A DNA stretch of 63,283 bases, the filler included, from Octopus bimaculoides (taxonomy: Eukaryota), in the NCBI RefSeq assembly GCF_001194135.2. It is 7 parts of 7 records of this genome, joined end to end, with 100 filler letters (N's around TTAATTAATTAA, not from the genome) between each part and the next. Parts side by side here need not be neighbours in the genome. Positions count along the whole stretch, not along the records: positions 11,471 to 30,726 come from NC_068995.1; positions 30,827 to 52,045 come from NC_068989.1; 5 more parts are not named here. One strand, given 5' to 3'. The notes below the pieces were generated by a model. The model had not been told where the DNA came from. It did no database searches and was given only the letters and a program-made list of their open reading frames with translations. Below are positions 24,073-38,000 of this stretch, one piece after another. Every line of letters starts with the position of its first letter. Position 1 is the first letter of the stretch. Both the position numbers and the translations under genes were made by a program.

Positions 24073-24738
24073 GTAAAGGTCTGTTGCTCTACGTGGTCGA
24101 AGCTATCCAATACCCTGACATCTACAGATCACGTGGTCAATGTGACCACGTCTTTATAACGTACACACGTAGACAACACATACACCTATTCCTTCTTATT
24201 ATATATTTAGTATATAGTCTGCATGTGTGCGTGGTGTGAATATGTATGTGTGTGTATATATATATATATATATATAGATATAGATATACATATATTAATA
24301 TATTATATTATATATATATATATAACTCTATAAAACTCTTGTCCATATCTAGATATATACCATTTCTATATCACATATGGCTTGCTGTCTTTTACTTTTT
24401 ATCACATACTGTACTGTATGTATACTGAATTGTATCTAGCTATATATACAATAAAGTATATATACTATGAAGTATGTACGTATTTATTTATTTATTTATT
24501 TATTTAATTATTTAGTTATTTCTTAACGATTCTCTTTTCTCTGTCTTATGCGTTCTCATGAAAATTCTAGTTGTGATATTAATATATATACAACCAATGC
24601 GTTGAGTGTCATATTATACACCTACCACAACTGCCATCTAAGCACACAGTAATCATACATACATTCGTGCATATACTACGTATACATACATACTTGCACG
24701 CACACACACAAACACATACACACACACACATATATATG

Positions 24739-24781
<43 letters not shown>

Positions 24782-24965
24782 ATATATATACCGTATACGC
24801 ATATAGTATATGAACGAATGTATATTGGACACCAGAATTATCTTGCCAGATTAATGGGTGCATACTAAGCAAAAAAACAAAACAAACAAACAAAAAATAC
24901 ATATAAGTTAAAATGTTCAAAATGCGATGAGTAACATCATGATGATGACAATGATAATGATGATG

Positions 24966-24996
<31 letters not shown>

Positions 24997-25132
24997 CGAT
25001 GATGATGACGATGATGATGACGATGATGATGAGACGATGATGATGAATAATAGTGATGTTGCTGAATTTTGGCAATAAGAGGTAGGAAAGTCTTTAATGT
25101 TTGCTTGTGTGTTGCCGTCTGGCTAATAAGGA

Positions 25133-25248
<116 letters not shown>

Positions 25249-25256
25249 TGATGATG

Positions 25257-25307
<51 letters not shown>

Positions 25308-25835
25308 TTTTTATCATTATTACTATTACTTTTGCTTTGCTATTTCTGGTGATATTTGAATGATTCGTCTGTACTGGTGATTGTGGTGCGTATGTGTTGT
25401 CTATGATATGATATGTCTGGATGCTGGGTGGAGATCGAGTAGACTATATGTTGAGTTATATTGTTCTATGGTGATTCCATGTCATATGTGTTGCTTACAT
25501 TATGCTGTTGTGTTGTTTGTTTGTTGTGCAGAATAACTGTTGTGTGAGTTATATTATTCTGTTGGCTGATAATTGTTGCACGTATTTGTTGTGTGTGATG
25601 TGATATGAGTTTCCATACCGGGTGGTGCTTCTAAGAAACTCTGTTGCGTTAGTTTCGTTATATTAATGGCTGGCAAATGTATAGAATTTAAATTGTATGA
25701 GTCGCTGACGTTACAAGTGTTTATTATTGAGCATTGATTGTGTTGGTTATGTTTTATTGTTTGGTGGCGATTCGGTTGTGTATGCGTTGTCTGGGTGAGT
25801 TTTATATAACGGGTATTGTTGAGTTTTGCTTGCTC

Positions 25836-25868
<33 letters not shown>

Positions 25869-25890
25869 TTAATAATAATGATGATGATAA

Positions 25891-25968
<78 letters not shown>

Positions 25969-26278
25969 CATTATTTTTATTGCGTTGTTGTTGCTTTAGT
26001 TGTGGATTTTGTTTCTGTCTTTTTGTTCCTATTTCTTTGAGCCCGTTGTGTTGAAAGTAAATTTCTGTCTTGACATCACGTGTTCAAATCTTGCCAGATG
26101 GTAATTCTCTTTTTATATTTCATCTCTTTAGAGCAAAAATAATTAAAAGACAAGTACCAGTCACGTACTGGGGCTGATGTTTCAATCGACCACTATGACA
26201 TTCTTCTCTCCACTCTAGTCCTCCCCTCCCTCTTCCCCATTTACATCATCATCATCATCATCACTACCCTCATCATCA

Positions 26279-26329
<51 letters not shown>

Positions 26330-26472
26330 TCATCATCATCATCATCATCACAATCACCATCATCGTCTTAACCTCAATAGCTATGACCACTACCACTTCA
26401 CCCTACATTTCCTCATGCTCCACCCTTCGACACCTTCAATATCAACACCATCACCCCCACCATCATCATCAC

Positions 26473-26505
<33 letters not shown>

Positions 26506-27152
26506 TAATATGCAACAGGTCGCTTGACCCCTAGAGAGACTACTCCACAGTTCTTGCACCTTTTGTTTGGTTAAAGATGTTGGTGACNNNNNNNNNNNNN
26601 NNNNNNNNNNNNNNNNNNNNNNNNNNNNNNNNNNNNNNNNNNNNNNNNNNNNNNNNNNNNNNNNNNNNNNNNNNNNNNNNNNNNNNNNNNNNNNNNNNNN
26701 NNNNNNNNNNNNNNNNNNNNNNNNNNNNNNNNNNNNNNNNNNNNNNNNNNNNNNNNNNNNNNNNNNNNNNNNNNNNNNNNNNNNNNNNNNNNNNNNNNNN
26801 NNNNNNNNNNNNNNNNNNNNNNNNNNNNNNNNNNNNNNNNNNNNNNNNNNNNNNNNNNNNNNNNNNNNNNNNNNNNNNNNNNNNNNNNNNNNNNNNNNNN
26901 NNNNNNNNNNNNNNNNNNNNNNNNNNNNNNNNNNNNNNNNNNNNNNNNNNNNNNNNNNNNNNNNNNNNNNNNNNNNNNNNNNNNNNNNNNNNNNNNNNNN
27001 NNNNNNNNNNNNNNNNNNNNNNNNNNNNNNNNNNNNNNNNNNNNNNNNNNNNNNNNNNNNNNNNNNNNNNNNNNNNNNNNNNNNNNNNNNNNNNNNNNNN
27101 NNNNNNNNNNNNNNNNNNNNNNNNNNNNNNNNNNNNNNNNNNNNNNNNNNNN

Positions 27153-27203
<51 letters not shown>

Positions 27204-27497
27204 TGGTATTGGAGAGATATGAGAATGTTAAGGGAGATGTAGGGAGAGTAGGAAAATGAACTGCTCTGACGTCAAACTTGGAAATGTGTTCTTGTGATCA
27301 TGTGATGTTATCTCCCCAGTTCTGATAAACACAACAACAACAACAATAACAATTACAATAAAAACAACAACATGAATAATAATAATAATGATATGACTAG
27401 CGTCGACAAGAAATATTTTCAATCACTCTACGGTTTTGATAACACTGCAGCATGTGTATATGTGTGTGTTAGTACTTCTGTCTACATACATACATAC

Positions 27498-27552
<55 letters not shown>

Positions 27553-27770
27553 TATGTATGTGTGTGCATATATATGTGTGCGTGTATATGTATGTCTGTA
27601 TATATATGTATATACATGTATCTACATGCACATACGCATACATGCATATATACATTCATGCATGTGTGCATGTATATATACAAAATTGCACTGACATACA
27701 CACACGCGTATACGTGTATACATGCACTGCATTTATATAAGCATGTGCATGCATATATATATATGTATAT

Positions 27771-27804
<34 letters not shown>

Positions 27805-27949
27805 NNNNNNNNNNNNNNNNNNNNNNNNNNNNNNNNNNNNNNNNNNNNNNNNNNNNNNNNNNNNNNNNNNNNNNNNNNNNNNNNNNNNNNNNNNNNNNNN
27901 NNNNNNNTACGTATGTATTTATACATACATATATACATAGGGCTGTACA

Positions 27950-27987
<38 letters not shown>

Positions 27988-28171
27988 CGTGTGTATATGT
28001 ATATGTATGCATGTATGCATGCATGTATGTATGTACGTATATGTGTATGTATGTATATGTATGTCTTCCTGTTGAGAAATTCGAAAGATAAAGCCAGGAA
28101 AACATAGAAAAAAAAATAACGCACACACAAAGGTATGTTTTTATGTATGTATGAATATATGCATCCATCCA

Positions 28172-28215
<44 letters not shown>

Positions 28216-28496
28216 TTTATCTATCTATATCTATTTGTTTGGTAGAATAAAGAGGGTTCAAAACATGACTATACACCCCACTTATATTTTATTTTTAGTC
28301 GGCAGAAAGTTATGAAAGTGACTCGAAGGAGCAAGAGTTTCTTGCGTAGCACTTATCAATCTCCTGAGTGCCTTACGCAAAATTCTCGTCCTATTTCAAG
28401 TCACTTTTGTAACTTTCTGCCGATTGAAAACAAAACCCAACCAGCTATCTACATACATACAGTACAATGCAATACATACATACGTACGTACGTCTG

Positions 28497-28530
<34 letters not shown>

Positions 28531-28620
28531 TGTATGTATGTATGTATGTATGTATGTATGTATGAGCGAGAGAACATGAGTTAAAACAAGCTGTTTGACA
28601 TGTAGTTTAGTATGTGACAA

Positions 28621-28757
28621 AAAGGCGGTAAATCGGTAGAGCGTCAGCTAGAATGCTTTGTGCTGTTCGATTCACTTCTGTGAGTTCTTAGTTCAAATCC
28701 CGACATCATAAGCTTGGCCTTTCCTGCTTTCCAGATCGATAAATAAAATACAAGTCC
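28621..28757 (+). mobile_element. Degenerate SINE family B
   Basis: AAGGCGGT...GTTCAAATCCCG...GGCCTTTCCTGCTTTCCAGATCGATAAAATAA aligns loosely with 43590-43803. Confidence 0.55.
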
Positions 28758-29810
28758 ATTACAGTTATCAATTTCTCTCGTTCGCTCTCTTTCTCTCTCT
28801 GCATTTTTCTTACATTTCACCTTTCCCTTCTCTACTTTTCTGTTTTGTACCTGCAATTCACGCGTCCAATCTTGATATACATTTTGTCACACTGATTCGG
28901 TCCATTACAGTGCATCCACCTGTGGAATACCCGGCTACCAATATCGAATAGATTACAAAAAAAACAAAAAGAGTGTTTATCACAGTTGAATGCTCATCGT
29001 TAATAACCGACGGAGAACCCACCATGTGACAAAACAGCTTGATATGTTTTCTATATTATTATATCACATACTTGTTTGTGATATATTTAGCGTTTATGTG
29101 TCTCCTCTCTAGCAATAATGGAATGTACTTAAATTAAAGTATTTAAATTAAAGTACGCATTTACTACTGAATTAATTATGATACAGGGACGCAATTATTG
29201 AATTAACTCTACATTTATAATTAAGGTTAATCATTCAGATGTTACGTCAGTAATATCTCCCCCACCCCATCAACCACCTTTAAAATACGTCATTAGCGAT
29301 ACAAAACGTTATTTGCGATTCACTGAGTGCAATGCGTTTTCAAGTTTCCCATTTTCAAATTACTCTTTGAAAAACTTTTATAGTTATGGTGACTCCACCA
29401 TCTCTCGATCTTTAGGGTATTGGTTACACGACTAACAAAGTGCTCAATTTAACATTGCTGTCCCCCCGGTCCTTGTACAGCAGTAGAAAGACAAACTAAC
29501 AAACTAAAGCTTCCCTCGTCCTTTTTTTTTTTTTTTGATATCTCATTAAACTTCTTAGTTGTAATATTCAACAAGTAATAATAGTTGAAGTCAGTAGAGT
29601 TGTAGAATTCCTACAATCCACAGGGTTTCATACGAAGTCACAAGGTGTCCCTCAAGAACCAGTAAACGGGATACCACCACCAAAGACAGGGGTCAAATTT
29701 TACTGTAGAATAGAAAGACAAAAGACTTGTTTACAATTTAATGTTTACCCTAGACTCTTTCTTTGTAATGCTAACAGATAAAAAGTAAAACATCACAGAA
29801 TACATGACGT

Positions 29811-29882
<72 letters not shown>

Positions 29883-30383
29883 CGTACATTCCTATATACT
29901 TACACACATACACACACCGCGCTAATATAAACATTGCTGTAGTTGACGTTATTCGTTTCTGTTTTCTCTTCATCCACCATTGGTTTGACGTAGCTGGTGA
30001 CACCAGCTGATCATTTCTATCAATTTCCATATATATTTATGTCCTCAGCTGACGTCATTGGTTGTTGAATAGAACGTCACTGGGTATTGTTTATACGTCT
30101 GTGTCACCCAATGTGCTCCCAAATGCCATCAAGTGTTGTATTATATTATTTCTTAATCTATGTTGCTTATTTAATGTCCTGTCTCTTGTGACTCTGTGAT
30201 GCCTCTTAATGATACCAAATATTTTAGCTTAACCTCCCTGTACGGATATATGACGTCACGATGCCTGCTGTCTTGATGTCATTAAATATTGCTGTGAAGA
30301 GTAACAAGTGTTGTTATGGTCACTTGATTTATTTCACAAATTTAATGTTTCAATGGCAATCGTCATGTTATTGATGAGATCGT

Positions 30384-30454
<71 letters not shown>

Positions 30455-30694
30455 GCTGTCTGTCTATCTATCTTGTCTGTCGGTCTGTCTATCTGTCTGT
30501 TGATGTGTGTGTATGTGTGCGTATGTGTGTGTGTGGTGTGTGTTCATCTTAATTCGTCTAAACGGGCATGAGTGTTTGAGGAGTATGGATATTTAAATAT
30601 ATATACATATACGTATATGTATACATGACACATATATATGAAAACACACACACACGACACACACAGAGCATGAATGCACGTATGCATATATCTA

Positions 30695-30726
<32 letters not shown>

Positions 30727-31016
30727 NNNNNNNNNNNNNNNNNNNNNNNNNNNNNNNNNNNNNNNNNNNNTTAATTAATTAANNNNNNNNNNNNNNNNNN
30801 NNNNNNNNNNNNNNNNNNNNNNNNNNAAAAAAGAAGAAAAAAAAACAAACAAACAAACAAATAAACAAACAAAAAACCCCGAGAGAACATATTAGATAAT
30901 ATACTATATCGACGAATAGATGGGATTGACACGGCTGGAAATATCTTTGATTATAGATTTATAGGTTTATTAAATGAAGACGAAGTTGGGGTCAAACGAT
31001 ACCAAACATCGCAAAG

Positions 31017-31054
<38 letters not shown>

Positions 31055-31324
31055 TTCCTTTATCATTATGCCTTCATACACACACACACGCACACACATA
31101 CACACACACACACACACACACGCACGCACGCATGCACACGCACACACATGCGCGCGCAAATACTCACACACGCACAGGGAAATATTGCTAAAAACTAATC
31201 GATCACATTCTATGCTGGACATTTATATACACTCCCTAATGCCAGTGTGTAGAGTGTACGTACACACTCACACATGTAAACACATAGAAATACAAAGAAC
31301 GAAGCACACATATGAATACTTGTA

Positions 31325-31370
<46 letters not shown>

Positions 31371-32583
31371 GAGACAAAATGAACGTACACATGGGGATAT
31401 ATAGACATACACACACTGGCTTACGTATTGACAAATCTACATACATAAAAGGAACGCTATATAAACACACATATAAGGCTGTACGCGGATATATATATAT
31501 TTGTAATCAAGCACGCAGATACAAAGGAAAGAGAAGCGAATATACACACGTGTAGTTAGTGAACTATTCATATATACACGCAGCAATACAGATTCTGACG
31601 CAAAACACACAGACGACATTAATGTAAACAAGGGATTTATATACACAAAGACACATATACGCATTTATAAAAACGCATGCGCAAGCAAGATACGCATGCG
31701 CAAAAGGAATGGCAAATAAAACGCGAAGCAACGAAACGAAAAAGGAAGGCAAAAACAATAAACATATATATATATATATATATATATGGCAAAAACAATA
31801 TATATATATATATANNNNNNNNNNNNNNNNNNNNNNNNNNNNNNNNNNNNNNNNNNNNNNNNNNNNNNNNNNNNNNNNNNNNNNNNNNNNNNNNNNNNNN
31901 NNNNNNNNNNNNNNNNNNNNNNNNNNNNNNNNNNNNNNNNNNNNNNNNNNNNNNNNNNNNNNNNNNNNNNNNNNNNNNNNNNNNNNNNNNNNNNNNNNNN
32001 NNNNNNNNNNNNNNNNNNNNNNNNNNNNNNNNNNNNNNNNNNNNNNNNNNNNNNNNNNNNNNNNNNNNNNNNNNNNNNNNNNNNNNNNNNNNNNNNNNNN
32101 NNNNNNNNNNNNNNNNNNNNNNNNNNNNNNNNNNNNNNNNNNNNNNNNNNNNNNNNNNNNNNNNNNNNNNNNNNNNNNNNNNNNNNNNNNNNNNNNNNNN
32201 NNNNNNNNNNNNNNNNNNNNNNNNNNNNNNNNNNNNNNNNNNNNNNNNNNNNNNNNNNNNNNNNNNNNNNNNNNNNNNNNNNNNNNNNNNNNNNNNNNNN
32301 NNNNNNNNNNNNNNNNNNNNNNNNNNNNNNNNNNNNNNNNNNNNNNNNNNNNNNNNNNNNNNNNNNNNNNNNNNNNNNNNNNNNNNNNNNNNNNNNNNNN
32401 NNNNNNNNNNNNNNNNNNNNNNNNNNNNNNNNNNNNNNNNNNNNNNNNNNNNNNNNNNNNNNNNNNNNNNNNNNNNNNNNNNNNNNNNNNNNNNNNNNNN
32501 NNNNNNNNNNNNNNNNNNNNNNNNNNNNNNNNNNNNNNNNNNNNNNNNNNNNNNNNNNNNNNNNNNNNNNNNNNNNNNNNNNN

Positions 32584-32627
<44 letters not shown>

Positions 32628-33460
32628 TCATATATATGTATGTATATATACATATATATATATATATGTACGTGTGTGTGCGTGTATGTATGTGTGTATA
32701 TTATATTATGTGTGCGCTTGTACGTGTGTGTTGTTCATATTTACAATGGCGGTGAAAATATTATAATCCTGTCTAGGATGTTAGACTCGACTCGAGTCTT
32801 CTTTGGCAAATGGGCTTTTGCTTGTTTTAATTCTTTCTATGAGAGTCCTCTCGTTATTGATTTGCTGCTGCTGCTGCTGCTGCTGCTGTTGTTGTTGTTG
32901 TTGTTGTTGTTGTTGACGTTGTTGTTGTTGTGAACGGTTTTGATGTTGTTAGTGACTTTATTGATACCATCGTCAGCATCATCGCTACCATCACCATCAC
33001 CGTCATTATCATCACCATCGTCATCATCANNNNNNNNNNNNNNNNNNNNNNNNNNNNNNNNNNNNNNNNNNNNNNNNNNNNNNNNNNNNNNNNNNNNNNN
33101 NNNNNNNNNNNNNNNNNNNNNNNNNNNNNCATATATATACATATATATACATATATATATACAATCACATCACACGTACATGGTCTTCTAATTTGATAAA
33201 TCTACTGGCGTCTTAGTCACTTTTCACACTCCTTGCATCATTTGTTAAGGAATAAAATTGTAATAATGGAGCCAAGTTGGAAATTTAGAGAGGCGTGTTC
33301 GTGCCCTATCTACCTCTCCTAATTAGAGCACCACTTATAAGAGCGCTGTAATATAGGGCATAAGCGACCATCATTGTAGATCGTAATACGATAGGGAAAC
33401 CTTTATTATTATTTAGGAACAGTTTGCCTTGCCATTTAATTTCCACTTTTACTTCCTTAG

Positions 33461-33520
33461 AGAGTTAGAACAACTAGCAGCAGCAGCAGTAGAAGCAGCA
33501 GCAGCACCAGTTCTATAGAG
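33461..33520 (+). other. Candidate 60-nt exon
   Basis: Acceptor TTTCCACTTTTACTTCCTTAG and donor GAG|GTAGGA. Phase 0 reads RVRTTSSSSSRSSSSTSSIE; phase 2 reads ELEQLAAAAVEAAAAPVL*. Confidence 0.35.
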
Positions 33521-34041
33521 GTAGGATGAGGAGAAATAAATGTGACGCTATTTTTGCCCAAGAAATTTTGACTAACTTCAGAAGCGTCTGACTAAATTGT
33601 GACATTCAGTTGCGATGTGTGTGATTCACTGTATGTATGGGAGTATGTGTGATTCGTTGCGTGCGNNNNNNNNNNNNNNNNNNNNNNNNNNNNNNNNNNN
33701 NNNNNNNNNNNNNNNNNNNNNNNNNNNNNNNNNNNNNNNNNNNNNNNNNNNNNNNNNNNNNNNNNNNNNNNNNNNNNNNNNNNNNNNNNNNNNNNNNNNN
33801 NNNNNNNNNNNNNNNNNNNNNNNNNNNNNNNNNNNNNNNNNNNNNNNNNNNNNNNNNNNNNNNNNNNNNNNNNNNNNNNNNNNNNNNNNNNNNNNNNNNN
33901 NNNNNNNNNNNNNNNNNNNNNNNNNNNNNNNNNNNNNNNNNNNNNNNNNNNNNNNNNNNNNNNNNNNNNNNNNNNNNNNNNNNNNNNNNNNNNNNNNNNN
34001 NNNNNNNNNNNNNNNNNNNNNNNNNNNNNNNNNNNNNNNNN

Positions 34042-34292
34042 ACAAAGATATAGAAATTTACTGAAATTTCATTTCAACAGAAGGACATATTTTTATAACT
34101 GCATTTAAACTTTCCAAGTGGAAAGGAAGAATACAAAAACCATTTTGACCATACAGGCTAGTAGAATTAATTAATTACTAGCCTGTATGTTTCTTTTTTG
34201 CATTCTTCCTTTCCACTTGGAGAGTTTAAACGTAGTTACAAAAATATGTCCTTCTGTTGAAATGAAATTTCAGTACATTTCTATATCTTTGT
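34042..34292. repeat. Fold-back palindrome, arms about 120 bp, essentially no loop
   Basis: ACAAAGATATAG...ATACAGGCTAGT / ACTAGCCTGTAT...CTATATCTTTGT, centred on AATTAA|TTAATT at 34170/34171. Confidence 0.9.
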
Positions 34293-34811
34293 TCAGCTGA
34301 GGGTTGCTCTGCATTTTACATTTAATGTAATGTTCACATTGCTTAATCAACTGTCGAAATCAACTGTCAGATGATATCCTGCTGATGCTGATCATCAGAG
34401 GAATTACAGGGTCTGGAAATTTTCCACTAACGCTTGAACAGAAAGTGATCTTCTATATCCAATCTTTAGATGTATAAAACCTACAATATGGATAATACTT
34501 TAATGCATGAGCATGATGTGTACCTGTGAACCAGTTTTTATTATTTTAGTTTCTGTATTTGCTTCTGATTCTGTGAATATCATAATTTGTAGACATTCAA
34601 GCATGAATATGCTGCTAACTTGGGGAAATTGGTATATGTATTACACCTTTGTGAAAATTTTACAATATTACAGTTATTTTTGTGTTCTAGGGTACGATAA
34701 ATGTGCGTTCATGAATGCGTAAGGGCATATACATCCGCGTCTATTGCATATTTCACAATCGTTTCAACACACAGACACACACACACACTTGTGCGCACAC
34801 ACACTTGCGCG

Positions 34812-34843
<32 letters not shown>

Positions 34844-35218
34844 AACACATAAACACACGCACCTACCCACACATACATATATAAACACATACACACACGT
34901 ACACACATACACACACACGCACATGCACACATATAAACACATGCACACATACGTACACACATACACACACACGCTCGTACGCTCACACACACACATGAAT
35001 GCAAATATGTAGAGAAGTTTGTTTATAAATGGCTGTGAAAGAATATAATGTGAATATTTTGAAAGGGTTATAGGAGTGCAAATAGGTAAGTATGAGTACA
35101 TATGTAAAATTGCGTATTGATTTTATATGTGAGGGGTTGTGTGTGTGTGAGTATGTATGTGTTCGTGTGTGTGTGTGTGTGGGGGGTGCGCGTATTTATG
35201 AGTGAATAAGATATTAAG

Positions 35219-35536
35219 ACAATTGCAGCGTGGAAGGTGTTTATAAGCCATTTGAAAAAAACACACAAAAACCGTTAGATTCACTTCAACATTTAAATTT
35301 AGTTTGTGTCAAAATATTTTCGTCGCTTTGAAACCGCGACCTGTTCACTGACAAAATTTCGTACTGCATCACAGAAAATTTCGTGCTGCATCACGAAATT
35401 TTGTCAGTGAACAGGTCGCGGTTTCAAAGCAACGAAAATATTTTGACACGAACTATAATTAAATGTTGAAGTGAATCTAACGGTTTTTGTGTGTTTTTTT
35501 AAATGGCTTAATAAACACTTTCCACGCTGCAATTGT
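35219..35536. repeat. MITE-like fold-back element, arms about 144 bp
   Basis: 35219-35362 pairs with 35393-35536. The centre contains a tandem 20-mer AAAATTTCGTRCTGCATCAC x2. Confidence 0.9.
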
Positions 35537-35985
35537 TTTTGTTTCAGCACACGGTCTCGGATCAAGTCACTTGCTATGCAAGTACGTCTCCATAAAGATA
35601 TTAAGAAAAGAAAAAAGGAAAAGTTATTTAGACATATGAAGTGTTATTTGTATATTGCCTTAAAACGTTTGTGTTTATGTATGTTGAATTTGTACAAGTG
35701 TTTATATTTTAGTTTTAAGACTATAAACATATGAGTGTGTATACATATGTATGTGTAAATGTACGTGGAGAAATATACCTGCATATGAGTGTGTATTCGT
35801 GTATAATAAGATATATGCGTGTGTGAAGGTTAACACGCACGCACATACACATATATGCATGTGTATTTTATGCATAAGCGTATCTATGTATGTGTTTATG
35901 TGTGAAGATGTTTGTATAAATATGCGTGTGAATATAAGGGCACACGTATCAAAATGCTAGGATATATATCTGTGTGCAAGCACAC

Positions 35986-36022
<37 letters not shown>

Positions 36023-37864
36023 GGGTGTATTTGTGCTTATGCGTATCTGTATATGTATTCGTGTATGTGTTAATACGTATGTATGAATATGCGTGGTAGT
36101 ATGAGGACATAAGATAGAAATTATTAGGATACATATGTTTGCGCATGTTCACGTGTGCATGTATGTGTGTGTGTGTGCGTGCGCGTGCTGGTGTATTTGT
36201 GCATGTACACATCTATATATGTATTTATCTGTGTGTGCATAAGTGTGTGTAAATATGCGTGGGAGTATAAGGACATACGTATCAAACTGTTAGAGTCATG
36301 ATGTCTGGCTGTGGTGTGTCTATATATAATAATATATTTATGATATTATATATATGTGTGTGTGTGTGTGTCAAAGATTGTATGCGTCCGTGAATTGTTG
36401 GGATTAATTGTTTATTTGTACGAGTATATCTATGCCGTTGGAAACAATAAAAGCGTTCGTCTTTTGATGTTCAAACATTCTGTTATTCTGGAGACAATAC
36501 ACATCATCGGTGACCTGGAAATACTTGGGAATTCAGCCACTTCATTCATAGAAGACAACACAACAGGAGATATACTTGTACTTGTGAACTAAGAGGTCAA
36601 GGTTGAACGGAGCTAAATGTCTTATCTAATTCTTTCTTTTTCTTTTTCTTTCTATCATTTCCTTGGCAGAATAAGATTATTTAGAACCGCCCATTGTTAA
36701 AAGATGATGATTGTGCTACTTATTAGTGAAATCAACGAATCTGTCTGGTAATAATTATATTTCCCGATATTCTAAACAAATAATTCTCATATATGACGTG
36801 CAAAATAATCATCACTGTATATGACGAAATCAGTAATTGCTTTGTACATGATGCTTCTTTTGAGTCAGTTATTGTTCAAAGTATATGTATATTTTTACGA
36901 TGTTCAGAAGAAACAAGTCCTGTATATGCTGTGAAATAACTGCTGACTTGTTAATGAACATGGCGAAAATAGGTCAAAATGTGAAATGTTGAAACGATTG
37001 TAAAATATGCAATGGAAGCAGTATCATTAACTCCAGACTTCGATGTTTATTATATATACTCTACGGATGATTTATGGATCTTCTGGTTTATTAAATAAGG
37101 GGACTTACCCTTTTTAATTTTCGGATAGCTACTATCCGTAGAAGTTCTTTACTAGCTAAAAATCTGGATTATATATCCTAACTTACCTCTTATATAAATA
37201 GTGTACTGTTCTGCGATTATATATATAATTGAATAAAATAGAATCAACAAGAAGAAGTACGGTTTGACACCTATTTAATAAACACTACACATGTCTCGAT
37301 ACATTAAATAGCTGTCTAACCGTACTCCTTCTTGTTGGTTATATTCTATTCAATTTTATTTTCGCACACGTTGAATATCTCATCCTAGACTTCGAACTAT
37401 AATGTAATACTACCAGCTATTTCGTAATTCTAAGGGTGAACGAGCTCTATTTTGTACTCTACTGCCTTCCTAAAGGAATATACCTTAAATATATACATAT
37501 ATATCAGGTAGGTTTGCGTGTACACCAGCTTCCTTTCTTGACTTACAGGTCTATCCGGTGTAATTTCCTTCCGATTTGATCTCATATTTGATGTTCTATT
37601 GGTCTTTTAGCTGGTATCATGTGCTCATTTATCGATGCTTCTCAAAGAATGGGTACTGTGATAGAATCAAGATTTCAAAGTGTTACCAGTTATGCCAGTG
37701 TAGATTTTCGGTATGGTGTTACTGTGTGTGACTACACCCACGTGGCACACTGCTAATTATGGCAGGCAAAACATTCTGAGGGGAAAGTTATTGAGCCAAT
37801 ACAGTTGTACGTGAGTTAATGAGTGAAACTTTTTTGTCAATGATTTTGGCTATATCAGAATTGA

Positions 37865-38000
37865 AGTTGTCGAGTCGTTAGAACGGAGGACAGAATGACA
37901 GTTGCGGTACTTCTTTCAGGTTACTATGTTCTGAATTCAAGTACTCCCGAGGTGAACTTTATGCTTCATCCTTTCAGGATCAATAAATAAAGTTCCAGTC
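37865..38000 (+). mobile_element. Degenerate SINE family B
   Basis: GAGTCGTTAG...TGTTCTGAATTCAA...CCGAGGTGAACTTT...TCATCCTTTCAGGATCAATAAATAAAGTTCCAG. Confidence 0.55.

Noticed and set aside
34165-34177. AATTAATTAATTA resembling the artificial spacer
   Set aside because: It is not flanked by N, lacks the full 12-mer, and is the natural centre of a palindrome.
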